The notes beneath the pieces were generated by a model. It was not told the DNA's origin and searched no databases. It saw nothing but the letters and a program-made list of their open reading frames with translations. A DNA stretch of 32,000 nt from Akkermansia muciniphila ATCC BAA-835 (GTDB lineage: Bacteria > Verrucomicrobiota > Verrucomicrobiia > Verrucomicrobiales > Akkermansiaceae), in assembly GCF_000020225.1 (NCBI RefSeq), contig NC_010655.1, positions 1,770,001 through 1,802,000 on the forward strand, given 5' to 3'. Position 1 is the first letter of the stretch; each line of letters begins with the position of its first letter. Of this stretch, positions 1 to 8,173 are shown piece after piece. The position numbers and the translations under genes were made by a program.

Positions 1-6
1 CCCGCC

Positions 7-978
7 ATGAAAAAGCTATCTCTATTCCTTTTGACCCTGGCCTGTGTATTCCAGTTTTCCGCCCAGGCACAGCAACGGCCCAGTTACATTGCCATTGAGG
101 CCAATTCCGGCAAGCTTCTTTTCAGTTCCAACGCAGAAGAAAAAAGGCCCGTGGCCAGTCTTTCCCAGGTAGCCACCGCCATGGTGGCTTTGGACTGGGT
201 GGCCCGCACGCGGTTGCCGCTGGACACTTTCATTGCCGTGCCCCAGGAAGCGTTCGGCCTCCGTGCGGGCAATCCCATGGATCTCCAGCCGGGAGACCGC
301 CTGACGCTCCGGGACGCTTTGTATTCCACCCTGCTGGGTTCGGACAATGTTTCCGCCCTGACTGTTGCCTCCTTTGTGGGGCGTGACCTGGTGTCCCGCC
401 GGGGCGGCGGCGCCCCCATTGCCGCTTTTGTGGCGGAAATGAACAATTTGGCCCGTTCCCTGAGGATGGCCAAAACGCGCTTTACCGCTCCCCACGGGCT
501 GGACGCCGGCAACTCCGTTTCCACTTCCTGCGCGCTGGATATGGCCTTGTTGGGCGTTTACAGCATGCAAAATCCGGCTTTTTGCTACATTGTTTCCCAG
601 GCGAGCCGGCGCATTGAAGTGCAGTCCCAGACCAAGGGCAGGACGATGTACGATATTTCCAACAACAACAGGCTCATGAGCGCTTCCGGCGTGGACGGCA
701 TCAAGGCGGGCACTTCCCGCGCCGCCGGCCCCTGCCTGCTGCTCAGCGTGACGCGCAACGCTATTTCCCGCCGGAGCCCCCAAACGGGGACGGAGGTGAT
801 TTATCCGCAGCGCATGATTATTGCGGTGCTTGGTTCTGCGAGCCGCTATTCCCTCGCCAGGGAGATGATGAACACCGGCTGGCGCGTTTGGGAAAACTGG
901 CAGGCTTCCGGCATGGATATGAAGGACCCCAAGGAATTTGTCCAGCTTCCTGTGAAATCTGCTCCACAAAGGAGATAG
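7..978 (+). CDS. Serine-type D-Ala-D-Ala carboxypeptidase (peptidase S11 / PBP5-like) homolog, secreted; canonical SxxK lysine replaced by Gln
   Basis: The N-terminus MKKLSLFLLTLACVFQFSAQA looks like a signal peptide. The block SYIAIEANSGKLLFSSNAEEKRPVASLSQVATAMVAL aligns with E. coli DacA [37 protein letters not shown]. An SDN motif (SxN) and VDGIKAGTS (KTG-like) sit at the expected spacing. Confidence 0.8.
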   Translation: MKKLSLFLLTLACVFQFSAQAQQRPSYIAIEANSGKLLFSSNAEEKRPVASLSQVATAMVALDWVARTRLPLDTFIAVPQEAFGLRAGNPMDLQPGDRLTLRDALYSTLLGSDNVSALTVASFVGRDLVSRRGGGAPIAAFVAEMNNLARSLRMAKTRFTAPHGLDAGNSVSTSCALDMALLGVYSMQNPAFCYIVSQASRRIEVQSQTKGRTMYDISNNNRLMSASGVDGIKAGTSRAAGPCLLLSVTRNAISRRSPQTGTEVIYPQRMIIAVLGSASRYSLAREMMNTGWRVWENWQASGMDMKDPKEFVQLPVKSAPQRR

Positions 979-1022
979 GAAGTAGACGGGGAAGGATTTT
1001 TCTGCTATAAGGAACGCCGAAT

Positions 1023-2102
1023 ATGAACATCGGTGTTTTGAATAGCGGGGGTGACTCCCCCGGGTTGAATGCAGTTATTGAAGGTGTTGTGGGCGCGGCT
1101 TCCCGTCGCGGCTGGAACGTTGTGGGTTTTTACGACGGTTTTGAAGGGCTTTTGTCCGAGGAAGGGGACGAACGGTTTGAATGGCTGACCCCTGCCGCCT
1201 GCCGCGGATTGCGAGCCAAGGGGGGCACCATTCTGGGAACCGTGAACAAAGGAAACTTCGCCATCAAAGTAGGCGTGGACCAAAAGGGGGCGATTGAACC
1301 CGCGGTGCTGGAAAAAACGAAGGCTACTGTCCGCCGGCTGGGACTGGATGCCCTGATCGTTGTGGGCGGAGACGGCTCCCAGTCCACGGCTCTTTTGCTT
1401 TCCGAGATAGGGCTCCCCGTAGTTGGCGTGCCAAAAACCATTGATAATGACCTGGGCGCAACCGATGTCACTTTTGGCTTCTACAGCGCCGTTTCCATTG
1501 TTTCCGAGTCTTTGGACCGTCTGGAAACCACTGCAAACGCGCACCAGCGCATGATGGTGGTGGAAGTGATGGGACGGCATGCGGGATGGATTGCCTTGGA
1601 AGGCGGCATCGCAGGGAGTGCTGATGTTATTCTTCTGCCGGAAATTCCTTTTTCCCTTGAAAACGTGGTGGAATGCATCAAGGCGCGCAAGGCTGCCGGG
1701 CAGCGGGAAATCCTGGTGGTGGTATCTGAAGGGGCCCGTCTGGCGGACGAACTGGTATTGCTGGATGAAAAGACCCAGGGGGAAGTTCGCCTGGGTGGCA
1801 TCGGCAAGGTGATTGCCAAGAAACTGGAAGAAGCCACTGGGATTGAAACCCGCTCCTGCGTGCTGGGCCATATCCAGCGCGGCGGTTCTCCCTGTTCCTA
1901 TGACCGGATTCTGGGAACGCGGTTCGGCAGTTATGCCGTGGAACTGGTGGAAAAGCGCCAATTCAGCTGCATGGTTGCTCTCCGTGGGACGCAGATGACT
2001 GCCGTACCCATTGAGGAAGCTGTGAAAACCTTGAAGCTGGTGGATCCCGATTGTCAGCTGGTGCGCACGGCCCGCGATTTGGGCGTATGCTTCGGGGACT
2101 GA
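1023..2102 (+). CDS. pfkA: 6-phosphofructokinase
   Basis: PFK family motifs are present: MNIGVLNSGGDSPGLNAVI, VVGGDGSQ, GVPKTIDNDL, MGRHAGWIA and GHIQRGG. The start is an ATG with AAGGA upstream. Confidence 0.9.
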   Translation: MNIGVLNSGGDSPGLNAVIEGVVGAASRRGWNVVGFYDGFEGLLSEEGDERFEWLTPAACRGLRAKGGTILGTVNKGNFAIKVGVDQKGAIEPAVLEKTKATVRRLGLDALIVVGGDGSQSTALLLSEIGLPVVGVPKTIDNDLGATDVTFGFYSAVSIVSESLDRLETTANAHQRMMVVEVMGRHAGWIALEGGIAGSADVILLPEIPFSLENVVECIKARKAAGQREILVVVSEGARLADELVLLDEKTQGEVRLGGIGKVIAKKLEEATGIETRSCVLGHIQRGGSPCSYDRILGTRFGSYAVELVEKRQFSCMVALRGTQMTAVPIEEAVKTLKLVDPDCQLVRTARDLGVCFGD

Positions 2103-2161
2103 CGTTCTCCGTCTGCGTCACGGGAAATTGATTGTACCCGATAGGGTTTTGATTGCTTTTC

Positions 2162-2196
2162 AACCGTATCCTGGAATCAGGATACGGTTATTTTTT
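2162..2196 (+). terminator. Rho-independent terminator of pfkA
   Basis: A perfect 12-bp stem aaccgtatcctg / caggatacggtt with a 4-nt loop gaat is followed by aTTTTTTg. It overlaps the last codons of the convergent DUF805 gene. Confidence 0.75.
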
Positions 2197-3292
2197 GCGG
2201 AAGCACGCCGTATTCATTGGGGCCTGGCGAGCTTTTAAGAAGCATCATGGACAGGAAGAGGATGGAAAGCAGATCCATCAGGCTGGACACCATTCCCAGG
2301 TAGTCCAGATAGGGGGCCATGTCCTCCGGGACCAGGCGCAGCAGGAAAATCAGCAGGAAAGTGACGATGAAAATAAGAATGGGAATCAGGATGAATTTTC
2401 CGCTCAGATTGCTGTCATGCAGGCGGCGCACGGCGACCGGCAGATTGAAGAGGATATTGAGCCCCGCCACGGCTGCCAGAAGCTCCAGGGAAAGCATGCT
2501 CAGCTCTCCGGATTGGTAGAAAAAGTAAAAGGTGGGATTGAAGCAGGAGTGAGCCAGCAGGATCAGAGCATCTTGCGGATGGGCGGCATATAACAGGATT
2601 TGGAGGGAAGGAGAGACATAAAAACCCGCCGGCTGGCTGTCAACGTCTATCATGCTGTAGCCCAGCGGAAGGAACAGGAGGACGGAAAGGAGGAAAAAGG
2701 ACCAGAATTCCGTCCGGGACGCGCGGCCTGCCACCGTATTCAATTTCCGCAGGCTGATGAGCCAGTAAAGGTAAAACGGAGTCAATGGCTGCTCTTTCAG
2801 TTTTCCGGCAGGGGGATCAGCCGGTTGGGGCTCCGGACGGCGGCTGTATTTGTTGCCGTCCGCCTTGCTTTCTCCTAGCGTCAGATAAAAAAAGATCAGA
2901 TGCCCCAGCCCGAAGGGAATGAAAAGGGAAAAAAGCCAGAGGCCGCTCCTGCCTGTATCATGCAGGCGTCTGAACGCGGCTGATATGCTTGGGATGAATA
3001 ACACCGCCCACAGGAGGATGGTTAAGGCGTCTCCGTAGATGCTCAGTCTTGTATCAGGGATGTGCAGCCAGTCCGTCAGGATATACCCTGCCAGGGCTGG
3101 AATCAGCGCCAGGAGGGGAAGAGCCATGAACCACCAGAATTCCGCACGGGAAGCGCAGCCCCGAAAGTCCGCATAATGAAGAAAACCTTTTTTCCAGCAG
3201 GAGAGGGGGGAAAGGAGGGAAGATGCCTGCGTGGAGGTTGGAGGAACGGAGGAAACAGCAGGAGAAGCAGGAGAAGCAGGAGATTCCGGCAT
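2177..3292 (-). CDS. Membrane protein with two tandem DUF805 (YhaH-like) domains
   Basis: There are two copies of the DUF805 signature. The first is RGCASRAEFWWF...AFRRLHDTGRSGLW and the second is GRASRTEFWSFF...AVRRLHDSNLSGKF. Each copy is followed by hydrophobic helices. The start is an ATG. Confidence 0.8.
   Translation of the reverse strand: MPESPASPASPAVSSVPPTSTQASSLLSPLSCWKKGFLHYADFRGCASRAEFWWFMALPLLALIPALAGYILTDWLHIPDTRLSIYGDALTILLWAVLFIPSISAAFRRLHDTGRSGLWLFSLFIPFGLGHLIFFYLTLGESKADGNKYSRRPEPQPADPPAGKLKEQPLTPFYLYWLISLRKLNTVAGRASRTEFWSFFLLSVLLFLPLGYSMIDVDSQPAGFYVSPSLQILLYAAHPQDALILLAHSCFNPTFYFFYQSGELSMLSLELLAAVAGLNILFNLPVAVRRLHDSNLSGKFILIPILIFIVTFLLIFLLRLVPEDMAPYLDYLGMVSSLMDLLSILFLSMMLLKSSPGPNEYGVLPQKITVS
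3257..3283 (-). repeat. Three perfect copies of a 9-bp tandem repeat (agcaggaga on + strand), encoding the SPASPASPA stretch (the three copies encode SPA SPA SPA) at the 5' end of the DUF805 gene
   Basis: Read directly from the sequence: agcaggaga x3 at 3257-3283, in frame with the N-terminal MPESPASPASPAVSS. Confidence 0.8.
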
Positions 3293-3387
3293 GGATGAAA
3301 AGGGGGTTTCCGTTTAGACTCCCTGATGCCGGGGAATGCTCAATGCGTCTGTGCCCAGGACATGGAAAGTTCCCTCCTGCAGCCGGT

Positions 3388-4200
3388 TCAGATCAGGACA
3401 ATCGCCATCAGCAGCATTCCGGCGATGATGCCCATGATGGAAATGTGATGGTGTCCCCAGCGTTCCGCCATGGGCAGCAGCTCGTCAAAGGAGATGAAGA
3501 CCATGATTCCCGCGACGGAGGCAAAGAGAACCGCAAGTACGGTAGGTGTGAGGAAGTGGAACAGGAAGAACATGGCGATGGCCGCGCCCACCGGTTCCGC
3601 CAGACCGGAGAGAAAGGAATAAAAAAGGGCCTTTTTACGGCTGCCCGTACCGTAGTAAAGAGGTACCGCCACGGCTATTCCTTCCGGAATGTTATGGACG
3701 GCTACGGCCAGGGCGATGGAGGTGCCTAAAGTCAGGGAGTCCAATCCGGCGGCAAAGGTGGCGATTCCTTCCGGGAAATTGTGGATGCCGATGGCCAGGG
3801 CGAACAGAATGCCGGACCTTTTAATTCGGGATGAGGAAAATTCACCGCTGGCCTGTCCATGGATGTCTTCCGGTCCGCGCGCTTCGTGCGGGTTTTCGTC
3901 TTCCGGAACCAGGTAATCAATCAGAGCCGCCACGGCAATTCCCCCGAAGAAGGAAGCAATGGCGATCCAGGAACCTGCCGTATGGCCTTCGAACTCCATC
4001 AACCTGTGCTGGGCTTCTCCCAGCAGTTCCACCAGGGAGATATACACCATGACTCCGCCGGATAATCCCAGGGCAAAAGTAAGTGCCTTTGTATCCGTCC
4101 TTTTCATGAAGAAGGCGATGAAGCCTCCTATGCCGGTAGCAAGACCAGCCAGCGTGGTGAGCAGGAAGACAACGAGGATGTGGTCGGCGGAAAGGTCCAT
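3388..4200 (-). CDS. zupT: ZIP-family zinc transporter ZupT
   Basis: The protein is collinear by eye with E. coli ZupT. Matching blocks include GIHNFPEGIATF, ALAVAVHNIPEGIAVAVPLYYGTGSRKKA, SGLAEPVGA and SFDELLPMA. Confidence 0.9.
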   Translation of the reverse strand: MDLSADHILVVFLLTTLAGLATGIGGFIAFFMKRTDTKALTFALGLSGGVMVYISLVELLGEAQHRLMEFEGHTAGSWIAIASFFGGIAVAALIDYLVPEDENPHEARGPEDIHGQASGEFSSSRIKRSGILFALAIGIHNFPEGIATFAAGLDSLTLGTSIALAVAVHNIPEGIAVAVPLYYGTGSRKKALFYSFLSGLAEPVGAAIAMFFLFHFLTPTVLAVLFASVAGIMVFISFDELLPMAERWGHHHISIMGIIAGMLLMAIVLI

Positions 4201-4250
4201 GCGTGCACCTGCCGGGCAGGGATGACCCCGGCAGTAAAGAAAGGGGTGTA

Positions 4251-5270
4251 TTATTTTGCGGGAGCCGTGGGAACGATCATCTTCGTGGCCCGGATGGCGC
4301 CGGGGGGAAGGGGGGGCTCTTCCCCCGGCTTCAGGAGGCCCCGTTCCTTCTTGATTTCAGGCAGCTTGTCCAGAAGTTTGCCGAACGCTTTTCCTTCAAA
4401 ACTTTTTGGGAGGAGCGCAACGCCTTCTTTGAGAGGCTGTTCCAATTCATTGACCCTGTTTTGCTGCATGAGCAGGTACACTTTTTGCATGAGAACAGCT
4501 TGTTTGACTTCCGGAAGAAGCCCGTTCTTTTTCAAGTAGCTGTCCATGATGGAAAGCGCTTCATCAGGATTTTGATCCGCCAGAATGTGGATGTTTTTCT
4601 TCCGGAACGTATCGGCCCATTCCAATTTCTGGGCATGGAGCAGATCGTCCCTGTGCAGTTTGGCGAGAATTCCGGAAGCGTCCTGCGGGTCCAGTTTTTC
4701 CAGTTCTGCCAGAGCCGGCTTATAGAAAGTGCGGATGCTGGATTGGGGAACCGTTTTCAGCAATTGAACCAGCGTGTCCCGCCGCTGCTGGTCAGTGAGC
4801 TTTTCCGCCAGCTTGTTTGTCAGGGACTGCTGCGTGTTGAGTGCTTCCGCCGCTTTTTTTGTATCCTGCATGACCTGGGCAGGATTGGCGTAACCTACGA
4901 CGGTGTGGACGGGCCGCCCCTGGGCATCCGCAAACACCAGCGTGGGGAATCCGGTGATGCCGTAGGATTTTTTATAGGTTTCCAGAGAAGTTTTTGTCTG
5001 CGCGTCCTGCTGCTTTTTACGTGGGTAGTCCAGTTCCACGGGAATAAAGGAACGGGAAATGGCTGTCTGGATTTCAGGAAGGGAAAGAGCCTGCTTTTTC
5101 TGCATGATGCAGGCTCCGCACCAGTCGGAACCGGTGAATTCCAGCATTACTCCCTTATTCTGTGCGGCGGCTTGCTGCATGGCTTCCGCAGGGCTGGTAC
5201 TCCATGTTTCGGAGGCGCCGGCACTCCAGGCGAGGAGTATGGCTGCGAGGGGATGTATGATTGTTTTCAT
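4251..5270 (-). CDS. Secreted thioredoxin-fold protein (WCGAC motif) with a C-terminal helical domain
   Basis: The internal ATG at 5270 gives MKTIIHPLAAILLAWSAGASE, a signal peptide, and lies just downstream of the stop of the upstream gene at 5284. The motifs GSDWCGACIM (CxxC) and ITGFPTLVF (the cis-Pro region of the thioredoxin fold) are present. The longer 418-aa ORF has a proline/arginine-rich improbable N-terminal extension. Confidence 0.75.
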   Translation of the reverse strand: MKTIIHPLAAILLAWSAGASETWSTSPAEAMQQAAAQNKGVMLEFTGSDWCGACIMQKKQALSLPEIQTAISRSFIPVELDYPRKKQQDAQTKTSLETYKKSYGITGFPTLVFADAQGRPVHTVVGYANPAQVMQDTKKAAEALNTQQSLTNKLAEKLTDQQRRDTLVQLLKTVPQSSIRTFYKPALAELEKLDPQDASGILAKLHRDDLLHAQKLEWADTFRKKNIHILADQNPDEALSIMDSYLKKNGLLPEVKQAVLMQKVYLLMQQNRVNELEQPLKEGVALLPKSFEGKAFGKLLDKLPEIKKERGLLKPGEEPPLPPGAIRATKMIVPTAPAK

Positions 5271-5283
5271 GGCAGGAATGTCA

Positions 5284-6288
5284 TTATTGCATGGGGGGAA
5301 GCGGAGAATGGGCGGGGGGAACCCACATGTTTCCGGAAGAGGAGCTGCCGGAATCTCCGGTATGGGTAGGTGTTTCAATTTTCGGTTTTCCGGCGGGCGG
5401 GTCCAGATCTTCCACCACCACTTTCTTTTTGGCGGGCTGGGGCACGGGGGCGGCAGCCGGGGCCGGCGAGGGCGCCCTGCGGATAACGGGGGATTTGAGG
5501 GAAGCATCCGTCTGGTTCATGGCCGTAATATTCAGCGGGTCGCCGTAGGCCAGCATTTCCCGGATGTCGTCAGGAAGATCTCCGGCAGGAATGGAGGTGC
5601 TTCCCTGTTCGTGCATGATACGCACGAATTCATTTTCCACGCGGGTGATTTCCACATTCAAATAAGTTTTGCCTGAATGGGATGTCTTCAGAATGTCGAA
5701 CTTGCGGCCGCGTGCCTTGGCTCTGGCGTGTTGGCGGTAGCGTTCGAAGTAGGAGCGGATTTCTCCCCGGATGCCGGCTACGCGCATTTTCTCTTTCTCA
5801 ATGGATTTTTGCGTCTCTTCCAGGTCGGAGGCCGTATGTTCAAAGATATCCAAAAGGCTGAGCAGCTGTTCCTTGGGAGCGGTCCTGTTCCGTATTTCCC
5901 TGAGCTGTTCCTGCTTCTTCAGCAGCTGGGCATGATTGTCCTCCAAAGCTTCCCGAGCATCTTTGACAGGGTCTGGAAGCTGGGAAAATTTTTCATAAAC
6001 AATATAGCCGGCACTGATGACGATAAGGGCGAACAGCCCCAGGCAGAGGTTCCAGAAAAGAGAGTCTCCCCTGGCTTTCCGTTCGGAATCCTCCTGCCGG
6101 GCGGATTCTTCTTCCGCAGCGTGTTCCGAGACGACGTCCAGGGAGGTTTTCAGACGTTTTTTGGCTGCGGGGGCGGAGTTTTCATCCTTATGTTCTCCTC
6201 CGTTCTCCTTCGGAGCAAAGCGGGTTTCGTCTTCCGCAGGGGGGAGAGTTTCGCCGGACGGCTGTCTGGGAGCGGGGGCGTCGGTCAT
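5284..6288 (-). CDS. Hypothetical single-pass membrane protein with a coiled-coil segment and a proline-rich C-terminus
   Basis: The start is an ATG and the N-terminus is charged. One TM helix (LFWNLCLGLFALIVISAGYIVY) is followed by a heptad-like KKQEQLREIRN...EKEKMRVAG segment and a P/A-rich tail. I recognise no family. It is tightly packed between two genes on the same strand. Confidence 0.6.
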   Translation of the reverse strand: MTDAPAPRQPSGETLPPAEDETRFAPKENGGEHKDENSAPAAKKRLKTSLDVVSEHAAEEESARQEDSERKARGDSLFWNLCLGLFALIVISAGYIVYEKFSQLPDPVKDAREALEDNHAQLLKKQEQLREIRNRTAPKEQLLSLLDIFEHTASDLEETQKSIEKEKMRVAGIRGEIRSYFERYRQHARAKARGRKFDILKTSHSGKTYLNVEITRVENEFVRIMHEQGSTSIPAGDLPDDIREMLAYGDPLNITAMNQTDASLKSPVIRRAPSPAPAAAPVPQPAKKKVVVEDLDPPAGKPKIETPTHTGDSGSSSSGNMWVPPAHSPLPPMQ

Positions 6289-6308
6289 GGGATGCGCGGG
6301 AATGGAGG

Positions 6309-6770
6309 TTAGTCTACCGGGTGGGTTTGTTTGAATTCAGCCAGTTTGGCCGCATACGCGTTATATTGATATTGCAGGGCATGGAATTCCTGCTTGCGCT
6401 GCGCCAGCGTTTTGCGCATGTCTTCAATGTCAAAGCACAGGTGCTCGAAGTCGCGGCGTTTGGAAGGCAGGACATCTATATCCTTCACCGTGAAGGGCGT
6501 CGTGATTCTTCCCGGGTTGGAAAGCCTTTTCTGAAGATTGTAATTAACGCGGGCATCGTGGGATTCCGCCTGGCTTATTTCCTGTTCCGTCTGGGCCAGT
6601 GCGTTTTTCATTTGCTGGAGCTGGGCCTGGAGCTGCTGGTGTTCCTGGGATGAATTCCCCGTCAGGAAGGAGGTCAGGGCTTCATTCGTACTGCTGTCGC
6701 ACGAAGTAAGGGCCAGCGTGAGGGCCAATGCCGGACAGGTACGCCTGGTGAATCTCACGATGTTGAACAT
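6309..6770 (-). CDS. Hypothetical lipoprotein with a Q-rich coiled coil
   Basis: The lipobox LALTSC follows a positively charged N-terminus (MFNIVRFTRRTCPALALTLALTSCD). The start is an ATG. The gene ends 20 nt upstream of the next gene on the same strand. Confidence 0.65.
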   Translation of the reverse strand: MFNIVRFTRRTCPALALTLALTSCDSSTNEALTSFLTGNSSQEHQQLQAQLQQMKNALAQTEQEISQAESHDARVNYNLQKRLSNPGRITTPFTVKDIDVLPSKRRDFEHLCFDIEDMRKTLAQRKQEFHALQYQYNAYAAKLAEFKQTHPVD

Positions 6771-6878
6771 GCCGGGGATTATGAACCTTAACGGAGGGGA
6801 AAGTCAAACTGTTCATGCGCCCTCCGGAACAATGATTTTTCTCGCATAAAACGCGTATGCGGCTACAATGCCCGCGGC

Positions 6879-8153
6879 ATGATGCAATTATCGGAGATCG
6901 GAGGCCATCTGACGGCCAGAACGGGTATTGATGATTTGATGGAGGATTTGTTCAAGGCCCTCCATTCGGGAGACGCCGGCCTGTGCCAGTTGAACGGCGG
7001 GAGCCCCGCCGTTATTCCTGAGGTGACGGAACTTTGGCGGCGCAGCATGGGGGAACTGGTGCGAAATGGCAAATTTGACGTGCTGGTGGGCCATTATGCC
7101 CATCCGGGCGGGGATCCTGCCTTTATCCGTGCCCTGGTGTGTTTTCTCAATGAACGTTGCGGATGGAACCTGACGCCGGAAAATGTGGCGATTACCCAGG
7201 GTGGCCAGATGGCCTGCTTTACACTGTTCAACATGCTGGCGGGCCCGTGCCCGGACGGTGCTGTGCGTGAAATCCTTTTTCCCCTGTGCCCGGATTATGT
7301 GGGATACCAGTCCCAATCCCTGTGCGGCGGCGTCATGTTCCGGGGCATCCGGCCCGGCATCCGCATGCTGGACGGGCACACGTTCAAGTACGTGATTGAT
7401 TTTGACCGTCTGGACATACGTCCGGAAACGGCCGCCGTCTGCATGTCCCGGCCTACGAATCCCACCGGGAACGTGGTGACGGATGAGGAATTGGGGCTTC
7501 TGCGGGAAATGACTTCCCGCGCCGGGGTTCCCCTGATGATTGACAATGCTTACGGGCCTCCGTTGCCCAATATTTGTTTTGTGCCCGTAACCCCGGCCTG
7601 GGATGAGAACATGATCCTGACCATGAGCCTGTCCAAGATCGGGTTGCCCGGAACGCGCACCGGCATTGTCATTGCGCGCCCGGAGATCATTCGTGCCGTC
7701 GTGAGCATGGTGACTACGTCATCCCTGTGCCCGAACAATCTGGGCCAGGCTCTGGTGACGCCTTATCTGGAAGACGGCACTCTGGAGAGAGTCTGCCGTG
7801 AAACCCTCACGCCGTTTTACCGCGGCCGGGCGGAATTCGCCCTGTCCCTGCTGCCGAAACTTTTCGGAGAATCCATCCCCTGGCGCGTTCATAAGAGTGA
7901 GGGCGCCATGTTCCTGTGGCTGTGGTTTGAGGGATTGCCCATCACGTGCCAGGAGCTTTACGAACGGTGCAAGTCACGGGGCTGTTTTGTAAATCCCGGC
8001 CATCACTTTTTCTTCGCCCTTCCGGAGGAGGGGGAACCCTGGCCGCACCGTCATGAATGCATCCGCATCAGCTTCACCCAGACGGAGGAACTCCTGCGCA
8101 AGGGGCTTTCCATCGTGGCGGATGAAGTGCGCAAGGCCTACTCCCGTTCTTAA
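6879..8153 (+). CDS. avtA: PLP-dependent aminotransferase, valine--pyruvate transaminase (AvtA)-like
   Basis: The N-terminus LTARTGIDDLMEDL...LNGGSPAVIPEV resembles AvtA FTRHSGITLLMEDL...LGGGNPAQIPEM. The PLP-lysine motif SLSKIGLPGTRTG is present, and the size (424 aa) fits. Confidence 0.75.
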   Translation: MMQLSEIGGHLTARTGIDDLMEDLFKALHSGDAGLCQLNGGSPAVIPEVTELWRRSMGELVRNGKFDVLVGHYAHPGGDPAFIRALVCFLNERCGWNLTPENVAITQGGQMACFTLFNMLAGPCPDGAVREILFPLCPDYVGYQSQSLCGGVMFRGIRPGIRMLDGHTFKYVIDFDRLDIRPETAAVCMSRPTNPTGNVVTDEELGLLREMTSRAGVPLMIDNAYGPPLPNICFVPVTPAWDENMILTMSLSKIGLPGTRTGIVIARPEIIRAVVSMVTTSSLCPNNLGQALVTPYLEDGTLERVCRETLTPFYRGRAEFALSLLPKLFGESIPWRVHKSEGAMFLWLWFEGLPITCQELYERCKSRGCFVNPGHHFFFALPEEGEPWPHRHECIRISFTQTEELLRKGLSIVADEVRKAYSRS

Positions 8154-8173
8154 TCCAAACCTGACCCGTATCC

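Noticed and set aside
4203-5369. A 388-aa plus-strand ORF opposite the thioredoxin-fold gene. Similar long antisense ORFs occur at 22-969, 1005-1961, 10070-11395, 5677-6312, 14186-15013, 25449-26351, 26515-27441, 27627-28349, 29367-30149 and 30848-31525.
   Set aside because: All are opposite-strand or out-of-frame shadows of confidently identified genes, and all have low-complexity Gly/Arg/His-rich translations.
5271-5507. N-terminal extensions of track ORFs: 4251-5507, 10160-12187, 27516-28763, 8878-9648, 21028, 12151 and 26360
   Set aside because: These extensions start at GTG or TTG, or overlap the upstream gene, and have Pro/Arg-rich implausible sequence. The internal ATG codons give signal peptides or conserved family N-termini.
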